From positions 1 to 39,639 of the forward strand of contig UYFQ01000413.1 in assembly GCA_900617105.1 (NCBI GenBank): 39,639 nt of DNA. Direction: 5' to 3'. The position numbers and the translations under genes were made by a program. Source of the stretch: Hydrurus foetidus (Eukaryota). Shown here piece by piece: positions 10,049 to 20,800 of the stretch; the stretch's first letter is position 1, and the number at the start of each line of letters is the position of its first letter. The notes beneath the pieces were generated by a model, which saw only the letters and a list, made by a program, of their open reading frames with translations, did not search any database and was not told the DNA's origin.

Positions 10049-10701
10049 TGTGGCATTCTGCCTTGTACGAACATCCTGTTCTACCATTCCGCTACAGAAG
10101 CCACGGGAAAACTTTTTATCGTACATCATCCCGCCATCAAAGCTAACCGAGATTGATAGTTTCGCAAGATTTAGATTCAGGTCTGCGATTAGAGTGTTTC
10201 TGTCTCGGGTCCTCTGTTTGGACAGTTGGATCGCAGAAGGTTCCATTTTGTTTCTGTCGAGATATCGACGATGAAGAGTAGAGAAATTTGATCTGAGGCA
10301 TCTTCATGTACTTGATAGATGACAGAACTTTCACGTCGTCTGCCGTTTTTCAAAAGTTCGGTCACCCAAATTGTGCTGCGTCGATATTATTCAAGTGAGT
10401 AACGACATGACGTCTGACCAGATGACATTTTGAAACGATCAATCTTTCGAGGGAGAGAAAATTTCGTTGGGGAGAGAAAACCTTTGAGGAGGACAGAATT
10501 CACCGATCTGACGTTTCGTTATGACTTTAAAACAATACCGTCGAGTGCCTATTTTTTTGCACTCGACGGTATGCAAACGACAATAGTTATACGGTCATCG
10601 ACAACACAAAATGCAACCGGTTACTTTGTTTCGTCCTTTGGGACATGGCGGTTTTATTCTCTTGGGGTCGAAAGTACTCAAGCTCATCACTCATCACTGA
10701 T

Positions 10702-10953
10702 TTCTATTCCACTACCTGAGTTAGGTCCCTTTAGGGGAAGGAGTCCCATAAGGTTAACCCTGCTTCCCCCTACGCTCTCCGTTGCTCGTTGGGTGCAAAG
10801 TAAAGAGACGCGTGAGGAAGATAAAGTAATGTTATCTTACGATATGGGTGCGCTTGCGCCCCTGAGCTCGCCCTTCCACCCTCCCCTGCTGTTCTGACTC
10901 TCGAACTAAGCTAGGGTACTGGGGGCGGACCTTGGGTCAGAGTTCCCTTCACC
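10702..10953 (-). repeat. Split direct repeat B2
   Basis: Copy of 11367-11617 with one substitution and one G indel seen. Confidence 0.95.
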
Positions 10954-11036
10954 AACTGGGCACGCAAGTGGTCAGATAACATTAAACAACAACTTATTCT
11001 GTAAATAAATACAACGTAGGATTGGTTGGCCACGGG

Positions 11037-11366
11037 ATAATGAAACGCGTTAGACTCCAAAGGCTAATATTAATCAAAAGATTATAAGACGATACTGTTA
11101 GTCGGTCGCGTTGAGTCGCACACGACGCTCCGTCTGCGACACGGATTGCACTCCACAGATTCGAAAACAATTCAAAAAACACAAAGCATAGCGCTGCAGT
11201 GACGAAGGGGACCGGTCTGCCACAGTATCTCGACCCAAGGTCTTCGTCGTCATCGCTCCCTTAACACCTTCCCCTCCGCAGCCGTCCCTATGGGAACCGG
11301 CGACGGTCAGCGGCCCTTGCTCATAGCCGCTCCAGAGAACCCGTGCTACCGAACGGTATCCATTAA
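11037..11366 (-). repeat. Split direct repeat A2
   Basis: Copy of 17257-17588 with a few clustered differences; abuts B1 at CATTAA|TTCT, the expected circle-junction sequence. Confidence 0.95.
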
Positions 11367-11617
11367 TTCTATTCCACTACCTGAGTTAGGTCCCTTTAGG
11401 GGAAGGAGTCCCATAAGGTTAACCCTGCTTCCCCCTACGCTCTCCGTTGCTCGTTGGGTGCAAAGTAAAGAGACGCGTGAGGAAGATAAAGTAATGTTAT
11501 CTTACGATATGGGTGCGCTTGCGCCCCTGAGCTCGCCCGTCCACCCTCCCCTGCTGTTCTGACTCTCGAACTAAGCTAGGGTACTGGGGCGGACCTTGGG
11601 TCAGAGTTCCCTTCACC
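11367..11617 (-). repeat. Split direct repeat B1 (contains the recombinase stop codon)
   Basis: Copy of 10702-10953. Confidence 0.95.
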
Positions 11618-12844
11618 CGCTACCACACCAAGGCTCTGACTCGGACCGGACTTATCAGTGCGTCCGCCCCTCCTTCCCTCGACTTCCCTCGCCGGGGGTA
11701 TCAGCCTCCTCAGGTCCTCAATTGTCGGTTTGTGTCCGCCGACCAAACTGTTGGACGCGAGCGGGCCGATTCCTGTCCCATAATCGTAGGTGATGTTCAT
11801 CACCTGGGAGTTCGGGGCATAATTACCTCTGTCCCTCCGGTCATCCTCCGAGGCTCCGAGGGAGCGCATTTCCGTGATCGCCCCTTTCCTCAGAGAATGG
11901 GAGCTGAAGTAGTTGCGGTCCAGACCGTTCCTCTCGCACGTGTCTTTGAGCGCCTCCCTAATGTCCCTTGACCGCAGCTTCACACAGGGGGTCGATCCGA
12001 CCCGAACGCTGAAGAGCTCATCCTTTCCCGTGCTGCCGCTGCGCAGCATGAAGTCTACGAGGTCGTCGAGGAAGGCGCCTTCCTCTGCCGACCGGCGACC
12101 GATAATATTCGGCTTGACCAGCTTCTTGCCCTTGGCGGTCACCGCAGTGGCCCTACACTCCACGACGGTCGGTCTACGGGTGCCGTCCGCTGGCTCGACC
12201 TCTGCAAGCCTGCTGCCGTAAAAGCTCCTGCTGCCATTGGGCGAGACGGCCACAAAGATCAAGTCGTCCACACGGACACAATGATCGACCCCCCCCGGCT
12301 CGGCGGTGGTGTACTCCGACACCCGCGCCCCCATCTCGAATGCCCACATACACCCAATGTACTTCGTCCGGTCCCGCAGGTCGGCCCCGGTCCAACCCCG
12401 TCCTGTCCACATCCTCGTCTTCATCTCGACCAGGACACTCTCACAAATCGGTAGCTTGACGCTGGCCGCTGCCCCGCGGTTCTTCCTCTCCCGGAGCTCC
12501 TCCGGTTTGAGCTGGCAGGCCGCCCTCGCAGTCTCTACAACTGTCGACTTCAAAAAATCCGTTGAGAGACCCTCCTGCGAGAATCGTAGGCGAATGGCGG
12601 CCGTGAAGGAGGTCGCCTGCTTTCCTCGCTGGCCCTGCTCGTGCTTCCTCAGCATCATGATCCCGACCAGGGACGCCTTCTCCTCTTCGCCCGCACCCCC
12701 CACAAATGGGTCGTTCTCGTCCACCTCACTCTTGAGGAAGGCTACCCACTGCTCCCAGTACTTGTCGTAAGCACGGTGCGTGTTGGGTAGCACGGACTTT
12801 CCTATGAAGCGAGAAAGCTCCAGTCGACTCTGGGTCGACACCAT
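11576..12844 (-). CDS. Tyrosine recombinase
   Basis: 422-aa ORF with N-terminal NTHRAYDKYWEQW, catalytic Arg box MGARVSEY, HxxR box SSHSLRKG, and RGNYAPNSQVMNITY carrying the likely catalytic Tyr. Confidence 0.93.
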   Translation of the reverse strand: MVSTQSRLELSRFIGKSVLPNTHRAYDKYWEQWVAFLKSEVDENDPFVGGAGEEEKASLVGIMMLRKHEQGQRGKQATSFTAAIRLRFSQEGLSTDFLKSTVVETARAACQLKPEELRERKNRGAAASVKLPICESVLVEMKTRMWTGRGWTGADLRDRTKYIGCMWAFEMGARVSEYTTAEPGGVDHCVRVDDLIFVAVSPNGSRSFYGSRLAEVEPADGTRRPTVVECRATAVTAKGKKLVKPNIIGRRSAEEGAFLDDLVDFMLRSGSTGKDELFSVRVGSTPCVKLRSRDIREALKDTCERNGLDRNYFSSHSLRKGAITEMRSLGASEDDRRDRGNYAPNSQVMNITYDYGTGIGPLASNSLVGGHKPTIEDLRRLIPPAREVEGRRGGRTDKSGPSQSLGVVAGEGNSDPRSAPVP

Positions 12845-12994
12845 TCCAGCGACTCCTGTAGTGATGACATTCGATGGGTGAAGTGGTTACTGAGCCAAAC
12901 TTCAGGTAGTGAGTCAAGAGGGGGAGCGACGGTCGACTCCTGCGGATCTAAGGTCTGCTGGCCCCGGTGCGAAGGCGCTCCTCAATGTCTCGTA

Positions 12995-15292
12995 TCAGTG
13001 TCGCGAGTATCGGAGCAAGAACGAATCAATAGCGCTCCTGGCTGAGGACCAGAACCCTATGAACTCCTCCTCGGAGTGCAGCTCGGACCTGGGGTCGCAT
13101 AGATTGAGTAGGTTGACGATGTCTTTGTCACCATCGATCTCGACTACGTCTACCCCCCGCACACCCATCGCCTCTGCCTCATCGAGGATTGACGTCGCTG
13201 GGGTGCGACCTCTCCTCGACAGCTGGTCGCACCTCTTGTTGTCCGTGCCAGCGATGTGCGTGACCTCCTTCACGTCAACGCCGGCTGCGATGCAGAGCAG
13301 GGAGAAAACCATTGCGGCTTTAGTTACCCTCTCGCCTCTTGGCCTCTCCGTTATGGCCCATGTCAAGGCCGTCACACTATCGCCCCGTAGGGCCACACTC
13401 CTCCCCCCACATCCGAGAGCGATATGTCCTAGAACGGCTAAGATCGCTCCAAGGAACTCCGAGAGGTTCTGGAACGACGAATCTTCGCCGAACCCGAGGA
13501 ACAGGAGATCCGCGGCGCCGACACCCACTGCCACCTCTGCGTCGCCTTCTCTGCTGTACCATATAAGGCCGGCTCCACTCAGCGATGAGTCGAACTCGGC
13601 CACAACTGTCGGGGTCTCCGGCGCGAAGGACGCGATGGCCCGGGTAAACTCCACTTCCCTGTGCCGTACCAGGCACAGCATGGCCCTCCAGCACTGGATG
13701 GCTACAACAGCCTCGGCTGACAGGGCGAATAGCGCATGGGGGTCCGTCCGACCCCATGTCAAGCGGTAGAGGGCGCTGCAAAATGGGCGCATAACCCGGC
13801 AGATCTTGCCGTAGCGGGTGCTCCACGATGCGAGTCGCTGCGCCGTCCTCAAGTTGACTCGCGCCGAGGTATCCGCGGTAAGAAAACCGTGTAAGGCAGT
13901 TAAGAAATTTTTCTTACTTATCAGTACACGTCCGGTATCAAGGTCTATGATGTACCCGATTACGTCGAGTCGCCGGCTGACCTCAGTCTTGTCGTCCGCG
14001 ACTGCGCCGGAACCGAGCAGTCCAGTGCAGATGTCTCTTGTCAGGGCGAGGTCAGCGGCGATGTTCTCTTCGAAGCCGATCCCGATGATGTCGTCGACAT
14101 ACATCACGGTGCTGCTGTGCAGTCTTGACCGAAGCTCCCACGCGATGGCTCGAGTGACCACTTGGAAAGCAGCTGGGGTACCTGACCAACCGAAGATGCC
14201 GGCAAGCTGCAAGTACACCAGGTCGTCCGTAAGCAGCATGCCGAAAAGGCCGACGTACTCAGCTCGAAAGGAGAGAAGAGTGTACGCCCCCTTTAAGTCC
14301 ATCTTCCACAAGCGGAGGTCTTCATACCGAAGAGACGAGTCGCGGGCCGCAGCGTCCTTCCAAAACTGATGGACCATGATGGCGATGTCCTCTATCGTTG
14401 GGTGTGTAATGGCTCCGTAGTAAGCTGTGGCAGCGTCGGCGGTGGCGACCGTGTTGAGCGGGGTGCCGTCCACGTTGCTCAAGTCCCCCAAAGGGCGTCC
14501 CGACGGCTTCCCCCTCTTTGTCGTCCAATGCGCTTTACTCAGGTGAAGATTGGGGACGTGTTCTTGGGCTAATTTCAGTGGCAATAAAAACGCCAGCCGC
14601 TGCTCCATCACGGCGCCTAGCATCTTGTTTACGGCGCACGACACCGCCTCGTAGGAGACCCGCAGCGGCGACCGAGGCTGGTTTCCGTTGGGCGTGAACC
14701 CCTCGGGTATCGCCACCCTCATCCCGTCCACTAAGTCGGTGATCAGTGCCATCTCCGGATTCTCCGGACTCAGTGATGCCACACTAGTATGGCTCAAGCG
14801 GTCCTTTGAGAGGATCTTGAACCGACGCTCCACCATCTTCCGAAAGTCCAGTTGGGCGGCCTGCAGACAGCGGACGTCACTTGCGATATACTCAAGTGGA
14901 AAGACGTAGCCGCCCGCCCACTCGTTCGCTGCATCAGCTCCGAAATCGTTGCGTGCCGCCTCCGCCGCCTCTGCTATCAGCTCCTCTATCCCTGCCCTGC
15001 TCGTGGGTGAGCCGCCCGGGAAGCACGCTTTTATCCAAGCCCCGATCACGGGCGCCGCCCCGCTGGGGTCGACTCTCCTGTCTTCCGTGCTGCCGGCTGA
15101 CGCTTCTGGTCTTGACTCTCGCTGGGTCAGACGCGGTGCCTCAGTTTGCGGTACGCTCTCGGCGACTACGTAAAGGAATGAAGCGGATAGGTGAGTATCA
15201 GGTACTACTGATAAACATTCAAGGCACCGCGAGGCACTCAAGTGCTTTCGCCGCGTGCCCGATGCTACGGTCGCATGATAAACACAGCCCAA
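12995..15292 (-). CDS. Reverse transcriptase / RNase H (DIRS-type); true 5' end may be a splice acceptor at 15166
   Basis: RT motifs WKMDLKGAY, GIFGWSGTP and MYVDD; RNase H motifs EFDSSLSGAG, NLSEFLG, LRGDSVTA and HIAGTDNKRCDQLSR. Confidence 0.94.
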   Translation of the reverse strand: MGCVYHATVASGTRRKHLSASRCLECLSVVPDTHLSASFLYVVAESVPQTEAPRLTQRESRPEASAGSTEDRRVDPSGAAPVIGAWIKACFPGGSPTSRAGIEELIAEAAEAARNDFGADAANEWAGGYVFPLEYIASDVRCLQAAQLDFRKMVERRFKILSKDRLSHTSVASLSPENPEMALITDLVDGMRVAIPEGFTPNGNQPRSPLRVSYEAVSCAVNKMLGAVMEQRLAFLLPLKLAQEHVPNLHLSKAHWTTKRGKPSGRPLGDLSNVDGTPLNTVATADAATAYYGAITHPTIEDIAIMVHQFWKDAAARDSSLRYEDLRLWKMDLKGAYTLLSFRAEYVGLFGMLLTDDLVYLQLAGIFGWSGTPAAFQVVTRAIAWELRSRLHSSTVMYVDDIIGIGFEENIAADLALTRDICTGLLGSGAVADDKTEVSRRLDVIGYIIDLDTGRVLISKKNFLTALHGFLTADTSARVNLRTAQRLASWSTRYGKICRVMRPFCSALYRLTWGRTDPHALFALSAEAVVAIQCWRAMLCLVRHREVEFTRAIASFAPETPTVVAEFDSSLSGAGLIWYSREGDAEVAVGVGAADLLFLGFGEDSSFQNLSEFLGAILAVLGHIALGCGGRSVALRGDSVTALTWAITERPRGERVTKAAMVFSLLCIAAGVDVKEVTHIAGTDNKRCDQLSRRGRTPATSILDEAEAMGVRGVDVVEIDGDKDIVNLLNLCDPRSELHSEEEFIGFWSSARSAIDSFLLRYSRH

Positions 15293-15632
15293 ACACGGGT
15301 ATCATACGACGATAAGCATCATCAATCCGCATGCGGAGGGTCCAGACACCCCTGGAGCCCCGTTTTCGCTGTATTCACACCGGCGACCGCACGCGTCAGT
15401 GTTAACTACATGACAGTACGCAACTTCGTCAACTGTCTACCTCTCGGCAGCGGTCTCCCTATATACCACTGGCATTCAGGGGAGACCGCTGAAACAGCAA
15501 TGTCACAGACGCTCATCATCAACACGCAAGTAGACGAGCACATGACAAGCTGCCGATCCTTGATCGACCCGAGTAACAGAATGACGTTACTCAATACACA
15601 CCTATGCAAACGGACGGCATCTCTTCCAGAAG

Positions 15633-17258
15633 TCACGATCGCTTGAGAACTGCCTTGGTCAAATCTCCTCGAGCCGTGGCGGTCAAGGAGCCGACAATGT
15701 CAAGCAGACGTTGCTTAGACTTGCCCGCTATCGCCACGTGCCTGAAAGCACAGTTGTCCCCGTATTTGCAGGAGTAGGCGCGGCCGTCCTTGTTGACGGC
15801 ACCCAAGACGTTTCCCAGATGCCCAACGCATGGCCTGGAGCTAACGTCCTTATTCTCATCCCCTGGCGTCACGAATGCAACAGCTGCCTTCTCGTTATTT
15901 TTCCCAGCAGCTTCCTTCTTCGTCGGGGTTTTCACCGCCGAAGCTGTATCCAAGCGTCGGATTTCCCGTATCCGAAAATGGGCCTCTCTCATCACCATAG
16001 ATGGGTGATCCGAGAGCTCCATCGCCAACTTCCTGAACAAATCTGTGAGGTGCGTTGCGCAGAGCTCTGGGGTCCGTAATGACAACTCCGCTGGCAGCGC
16101 CGAGCCCCGAACAGTAGCAACCTCACGGAAGAACCTCTTGAGTCCCAGTTGCACTGAGTGCTTCAAGAAATCAGAGGGAACCAGCTCCATAGGCCTGCAC
16201 ACGCCTTCCAACTTATCAATAAAGGACTCTAAAACCTTCTCAAAGACGTCTGAGAAGCAGACTTGCATGACCATTTGGACATTTTTGAGAGCCGTCACCA
16301 AGCCCGCGTTGTTGGATGGGCAAGGTGACGGCTTGCTCGAGATTTTTTCCCCAGATAAGAAGTCCTCCAAGCACAAGGTGGCTTCACTGGTGTCGGCGAG
16401 GACTGAGCCGATAAGTAAAAGCTTGAGTTTACCGTTCTCAGCTAGAACCGGTAGTTTTTGAATCCGGTTCATAAGGCCGCAGGACATGAAGGCAGGGTGC
16501 CTGTCAATGACCTGCGTGTCCCCCTGTTCGAACAGCATTCCCCTATAGTACTCCGGCTGTAGGGTGACGTCGGATCTGATACCATAGTTATGTCTGACGG
16601 GGTCCATGATACGATATGTGCACCATAACTCCCTCTCGCGTTGATGCAGGTCAGTCTTGTTCCTTGTCGAGTGCTCCCCCCCATCTAAATCTACGATGGA
16701 CATACCTTTCGTTTTCCCAGAAGTGTCTTCCGCCTGCTCACCCCCTACCTCCAGTGGGCGAAGACATGGACGCTTCGCGGGTTCTGCCCCGGGCGCACTG
16801 CCTGCCGCAGGCTCTAGAGAGGCGCGCAGAGCTTGCAACAGGCGAGGTTGGGCCACCAGATAGTGACCCATTGAGGGAAACTTCATAAGTGCACCGACCG
16901 GGAAAGGGCGGTCCAAGGTTCCCGCCGAGAAATTGGAGCAATGACCATAAGTCATCCGGGTCTGAGGTTTCTCATGGACCTGGAAGAACATGGACTTGCA
17001 CCTTGCAAGAAACGTAAAGTTGAGTGCTTCCTCTGCCTGTGGTGCATCCAATGGAATCACCACAACCGAGTTGGACGGAACCTCCGCAGCCGGAACCGAG
17101 AGGACCATCTGCATAGCATACTGCTCGCCGTCATCGTCCGAGTACCCCGCTACGATCGACGCTGCGTGCTCCAAAGCACGCATCAGAGGCCCAGTCACCT
17201 GCGCGTACGCTGGAAGGATCACACCGCTAGTTTCGACAGACGAAGCGGTAGCAGACAT
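15633..17258 (-). CDS. ORF1/gag-like protein of the YR retrotransposon (541 aa from ATG 17258)
   Basis: The first ATG coincides with the inner end of repeat A1. The C-terminal C...CKYGDNCAFRH is a CCCH-type zinc finger; the ORF occupies first position in the element. Confidence 0.85.
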   Translation of the reverse strand: MSATASSVETSGVILPAYAQVTGPLMRALEHAASIVAGYSDDDGEQYAMQMVLSVPAAEVPSNSVVVIPLDAPQAEEALNFTFLARCKSMFFQVHEKPQTRMTYGHCSNFSAGTLDRPFPVGALMKFPSMGHYLVAQPRLLQALRASLEPAAGSAPGAEPAKRPCLRPLEVGGEQAEDTSGKTKGMSIVDLDGGEHSTRNKTDLHQRERELWCTYRIMDPVRHNYGIRSDVTLQPEYYRGMLFEQGDTQVIDRHPAFMSCGLMNRIQKLPVLAENGKLKLLLIGSVLADTSEATLCLEDFLSGEKISSKPSPCPSNNAGLVTALKNVQMVMQVCFSDVFEKVLESFIDKLEGVCRPMELVPSDFLKHSVQLGLKRFFREVATVRGSALPAELSLRTPELCATHLTDLFRKLAMELSDHPSMVMREAHFRIREIRRLDTASAVKTPTKKEAAGKNNEKAAVAFVTPGDENKDVSSRPCVGHLGNVLGAVNKDGRAYSCKYGDNCAFRHVAIAGKSKQRLLDIVGSLTATARGDLTKAVLKRS

Positions 17259-17588
17259 AATGAAACGCGTTAGACTCCAAAGGCTAATATTAATCAAAAG
17301 ATTATAAGACGATACTGTTAATCGGTCGCGTTGAGTCGCACACGACGCCTTGTCTGCGACACGGATTGCACTCCACAGATTCGAAAACAATTCAAAAAAC
17401 ACAAAGCATAGCGCTGCAGTGACGAAGGGGACCGGTCTGCCACAGTATCTCGACCCAAGGTCTTCGTCGTCATCGCTCCCCCCCCCCACCTTCCCCTCCG
17501 CAGCCGTCCCTATGGGGACCGGCGACGGTCAGCGGCCCTTGCTCATAGCCGCTCCAGAGAACCCGTGCTACCGAACGGTATCCATTAA
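17257..17588 (-). repeat. Split direct repeat A1 (5' terminus)
   Basis: Copy of 11037-11366. Confidence 0.95.
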
Positions 17589-17847
17589 CACTCATCAGCA
17601 CGGCTGGATTTAACAATATATGGATACGTACACTCAACATGAAGAATGCTGTTCACTGTCCCAGATTTCGTTGCTGGATGTGATGCTTATTATGCCGGGA
17701 AGAAATTTTTCTCTGTCCCGTCAAGAAGAATTTGATTTGCTGAAAGCTTAAATACTGATATCAAACTGTAGTGACAATTGTCGCTGGAATAGACATCTTT
17801 CGCACCATACCAGTCGAAAGCATACTTATCTATATTCGATAAAATCC

Positions 17848-20800
17848 ATGATGATTCCTTCATCAGTCATGCTGCTGTTTGGGATCTTCTATCGAGGTTG
17901 TCTATCGACCAATGTTACATCTGAAAGTCCCACCAATTCACCATCAGCTGCGCTGAAAGTATTGCCGGTGGTTTCAATTCCCTCAATATCACCGAATGAA
18001 ACACAGTAAGTCTTAGCATACAGCACCATTACTGCTATTGATGGAATCTTCATCGGTATTGTGAAGTTTTATACTGAGCTACATAAGTGGAGCGCATCTA
18101 TTATATATAATTGAGATTCCTAATGGAGTTGCATGCGATCCAGAGAAGCATTGATGAAGAAGAATTTCACCTGTGATTTATTTGCGATGTCAGAAGAAGA
18201 TCAGTAATCAATCTCGCATATTTCCAAAAGTGTCGCATTTGTAGCGTGGAGCTGTGATGATGTCTTGTCTTTTCATTTCATTGCCCTTCATAGCTTGGTT
18301 AACTTGGATATTTCAGGCACATCTTAAGGGTGACAGCGAGAATATTCTGCGCGACAGAGGGATCCACGATATTCTATTCTATTGACGGCGCAGCGCCTCA
18401 AATCAAAGTAGTGCAAGGTGAGACAAATATGAACACTTTCTGACCACATATGCTCAATTCATTGATTTGTTACAGTGTCTAATCTTTTCTTGAATAATTT
18501 ACACTTTGTCCGAAATTTAACATACCAAAACACTTAGCTTCTCTGATATGTCGTCAAGTTTGTCTAAATAAGATTTCTTTATCTTCTCGTACTCATATCT
18601 TTTATTTGTTGTGCTGTATTGCGCATTGACTCTCTTTATTTTTATTTTTCTGGTAGAACCACCTTCGTTTTAAATCAGAAATTCGCTGACGAAGCCACCA
18701 TCGTCTTCGATTGCAGACATAGCAATTGACTTGAAACACACTCATTTAATTAAATCAACTCTTTTATCTCATGTGTAGGATCTCCTATTTTGATTGATAC
18801 CTTTGGACCTGTCGTTCTCCAATCCTACGCGTCACATCCAGGTACAAACGCACCTCCATTTTTTTTCTCTGTCTCTTTCTCTGTCTCTCCCTCTCTGTCT
18901 CTCTGTCTCTCTCTCTCTCTCTCTCTCACTGGTCACTTGTGTGTGTCTTGTTCTTGTTATGTTACTTCCCTGAATTAGCTGATTACGAAATGGCTACATG
19001 TAGATAATACGTGTGCCTTTTAGTCCACCCCTTGGTGATCGCAATGTACTGTAACCCAACATCTCACCATAAGATGTCATGCAGTGTACTACAGCATATA
19101 AGACGTTTCAACATATTATTAGATGATGTCGTTGGATGTGCATGTAAAGTCGAGTTGAAAAACTCTCACTGATATATCACAACACTACGCCCCTATAAAC
19201 TACAAATTGATTCTGACACTATGAATCAACATTAACGCCAATATCATGGTAGCATAGATATCAGCACTATTTCAGCAGGCATGACATAAAATTACACCCC
19301 TCAATCAAATTTACGTGATCATCATCTTAAACATTGATATTAACATTATTATTAACACTTACAGTAATGAAATCACATCTAATTACATCCATTAACAAAC
19401 ATTAACGTTATCATCTACATTAATAGATATGACGGATAGCGCAATTACGACTAAGAAGTTTCTGGTATTAGAGAGGTGCCAAAGACCCTCCTTCTCTCCC
19501 ATGGGGGGAACATTCGCAGGTACGTGATGTCAGTACGGCACAGCATAGCGTAGAATAGGGGAAGAAGCGGGGCGGAGGGGAGTGCAGCGTAGTAGAGCAG
19601 AGTGTAGTGTAGTGTAGTGTTGTATAGGAGAGTGGTACAGTACAGTGTAGTGTATTACAGCATACTTCATTATATTCAGCTGAAATAGATGAAATAGAAC
19701 AGAGTTTAGTGATAGGAGGGAGGGAGAAAGGAAAGGAGGAAAGGAAGGGATGGAGTGTAGTCGAAGGGTGAGATGGTATGGATAGGAAAGAAGAGGAAAG
19801 GAAAGGACAGGAAAGGAGAAGAAAAATAGGAAAGGAAAGGACAGGAAAGGAGAAGAAAAATAGGAAGGGAAAGGACAGGAAAGGAGAAGAAAAATAGGAA
19901 AGGAAAGGAAGCAGTTTCAGCAATCAAATTCTGTGAAGGGATCTCCTGTCAACCTCTCCCAATCTCTACACTGATGTACAACATGTCATCTTGTGATATA
20001 CCATGTGCTGAAATGAAATCACACGATGTGACGTGACTTTTTGTCACTGGAGATCATGACAGTGATACGATAGCACGCTGAAGAGCATCTAGATCCGATT
20101 TGATTCGGTTTTATTCTTCTTTGCCGATCATACTCCCCCCTGACTTTACTTACCTTTTTCCCTATCCCTTTTCTACCTCACTTCTCGACCTCTTTTCTCT
20201 ACCTCTCTTCTCGACCTCTTCTCTACCTTTTCCCCTTCCCCTCCCCCTCATCTTTTCTTATCCAATCATGACAGGAAGTGTGGTGGTAACATTGAGCAGC
20301 GGTACAGTGGGAAGCAGAATATATTATAACGTGCAAGCCGTGAAAGGGGCTGGGACCGGGACGGGTGCCGGATCGGGCCAGCCAATGGAACCCGACCCCC
20401 CTACCACTTCAAGCCCCTGGGTGCTAAGTGGGGGAACTATTGTGTTGGAACAACGAGGTATCATTTCCTGTAGTGCTACTCTCCGTCTGCGTCTTTGTGT
20501 GTCCGTCTGACTGACTGCTTGTCTGTCTACGTTTGTATGTTTGCCTGTCTGTCCTGGTCTGTTTGTTTGTTTATTTATTTATTTATCTGTTTGTTTGTAC
20601 GTCCAACCGCCCGTCAGTCTGTCTGTTTATTTCTGTATATGTCTGACTTACTTGTCTGTTTGTTTATTTCTTTATTTGTTTGTTTGTTTGTTTTTCGTTT
20701 GTTTTTTTATCTGTCTGAGTTCCGAAATCTTCTACATTTTCTCAGAACTCGACTTCTGCAAACTCCTTTTCCCTCCTCCTTGATTTCCCTCTTTCACTTC

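Larger units (their letters stand above)
10702..17588 (-). mobile_element. Tyrosine-recombinase retrotransposon (DIRS order, Ngaro/PAT-type split direct repeats), apparently intact
   Basis: Minus-strand layout is A1(17588-17257), gag, RT/RH, YR, B1(11617-11367), A2(11366-11037), 83-bp spacer, B2(10953-10702). Three uninterrupted ORFs; no methyltransferase domain seen, which favours Ngaro. Confidence 0.93.

Noticed and set aside
9883..10334. Short minus-strand ORFs that might form a gene
   Set aside because: No consistent exon chain or recognisable motif could be built.
10430..11562. Plus-strand ORFs 10430-10897 and 11290-11562 with near-identical C-termini, suggesting paralogous genes
   Set aside because: The identity comes from reading the antisense strand of repeats B2 and B1.
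12306..17307. Long plus-strand ORFs (e.g. 12909-13769) overlapping the YR element
   Set aside because: Antisense shadows of GC-rich coding sequence with no recognisable motifs.
17259..17489. 77-codon N-terminal extension of ORF1 in the ORF track
   Set aside because: It uses a non-ATG start inside repeat A1, and the A2 copy differs at that position; the first ATG is 17258.
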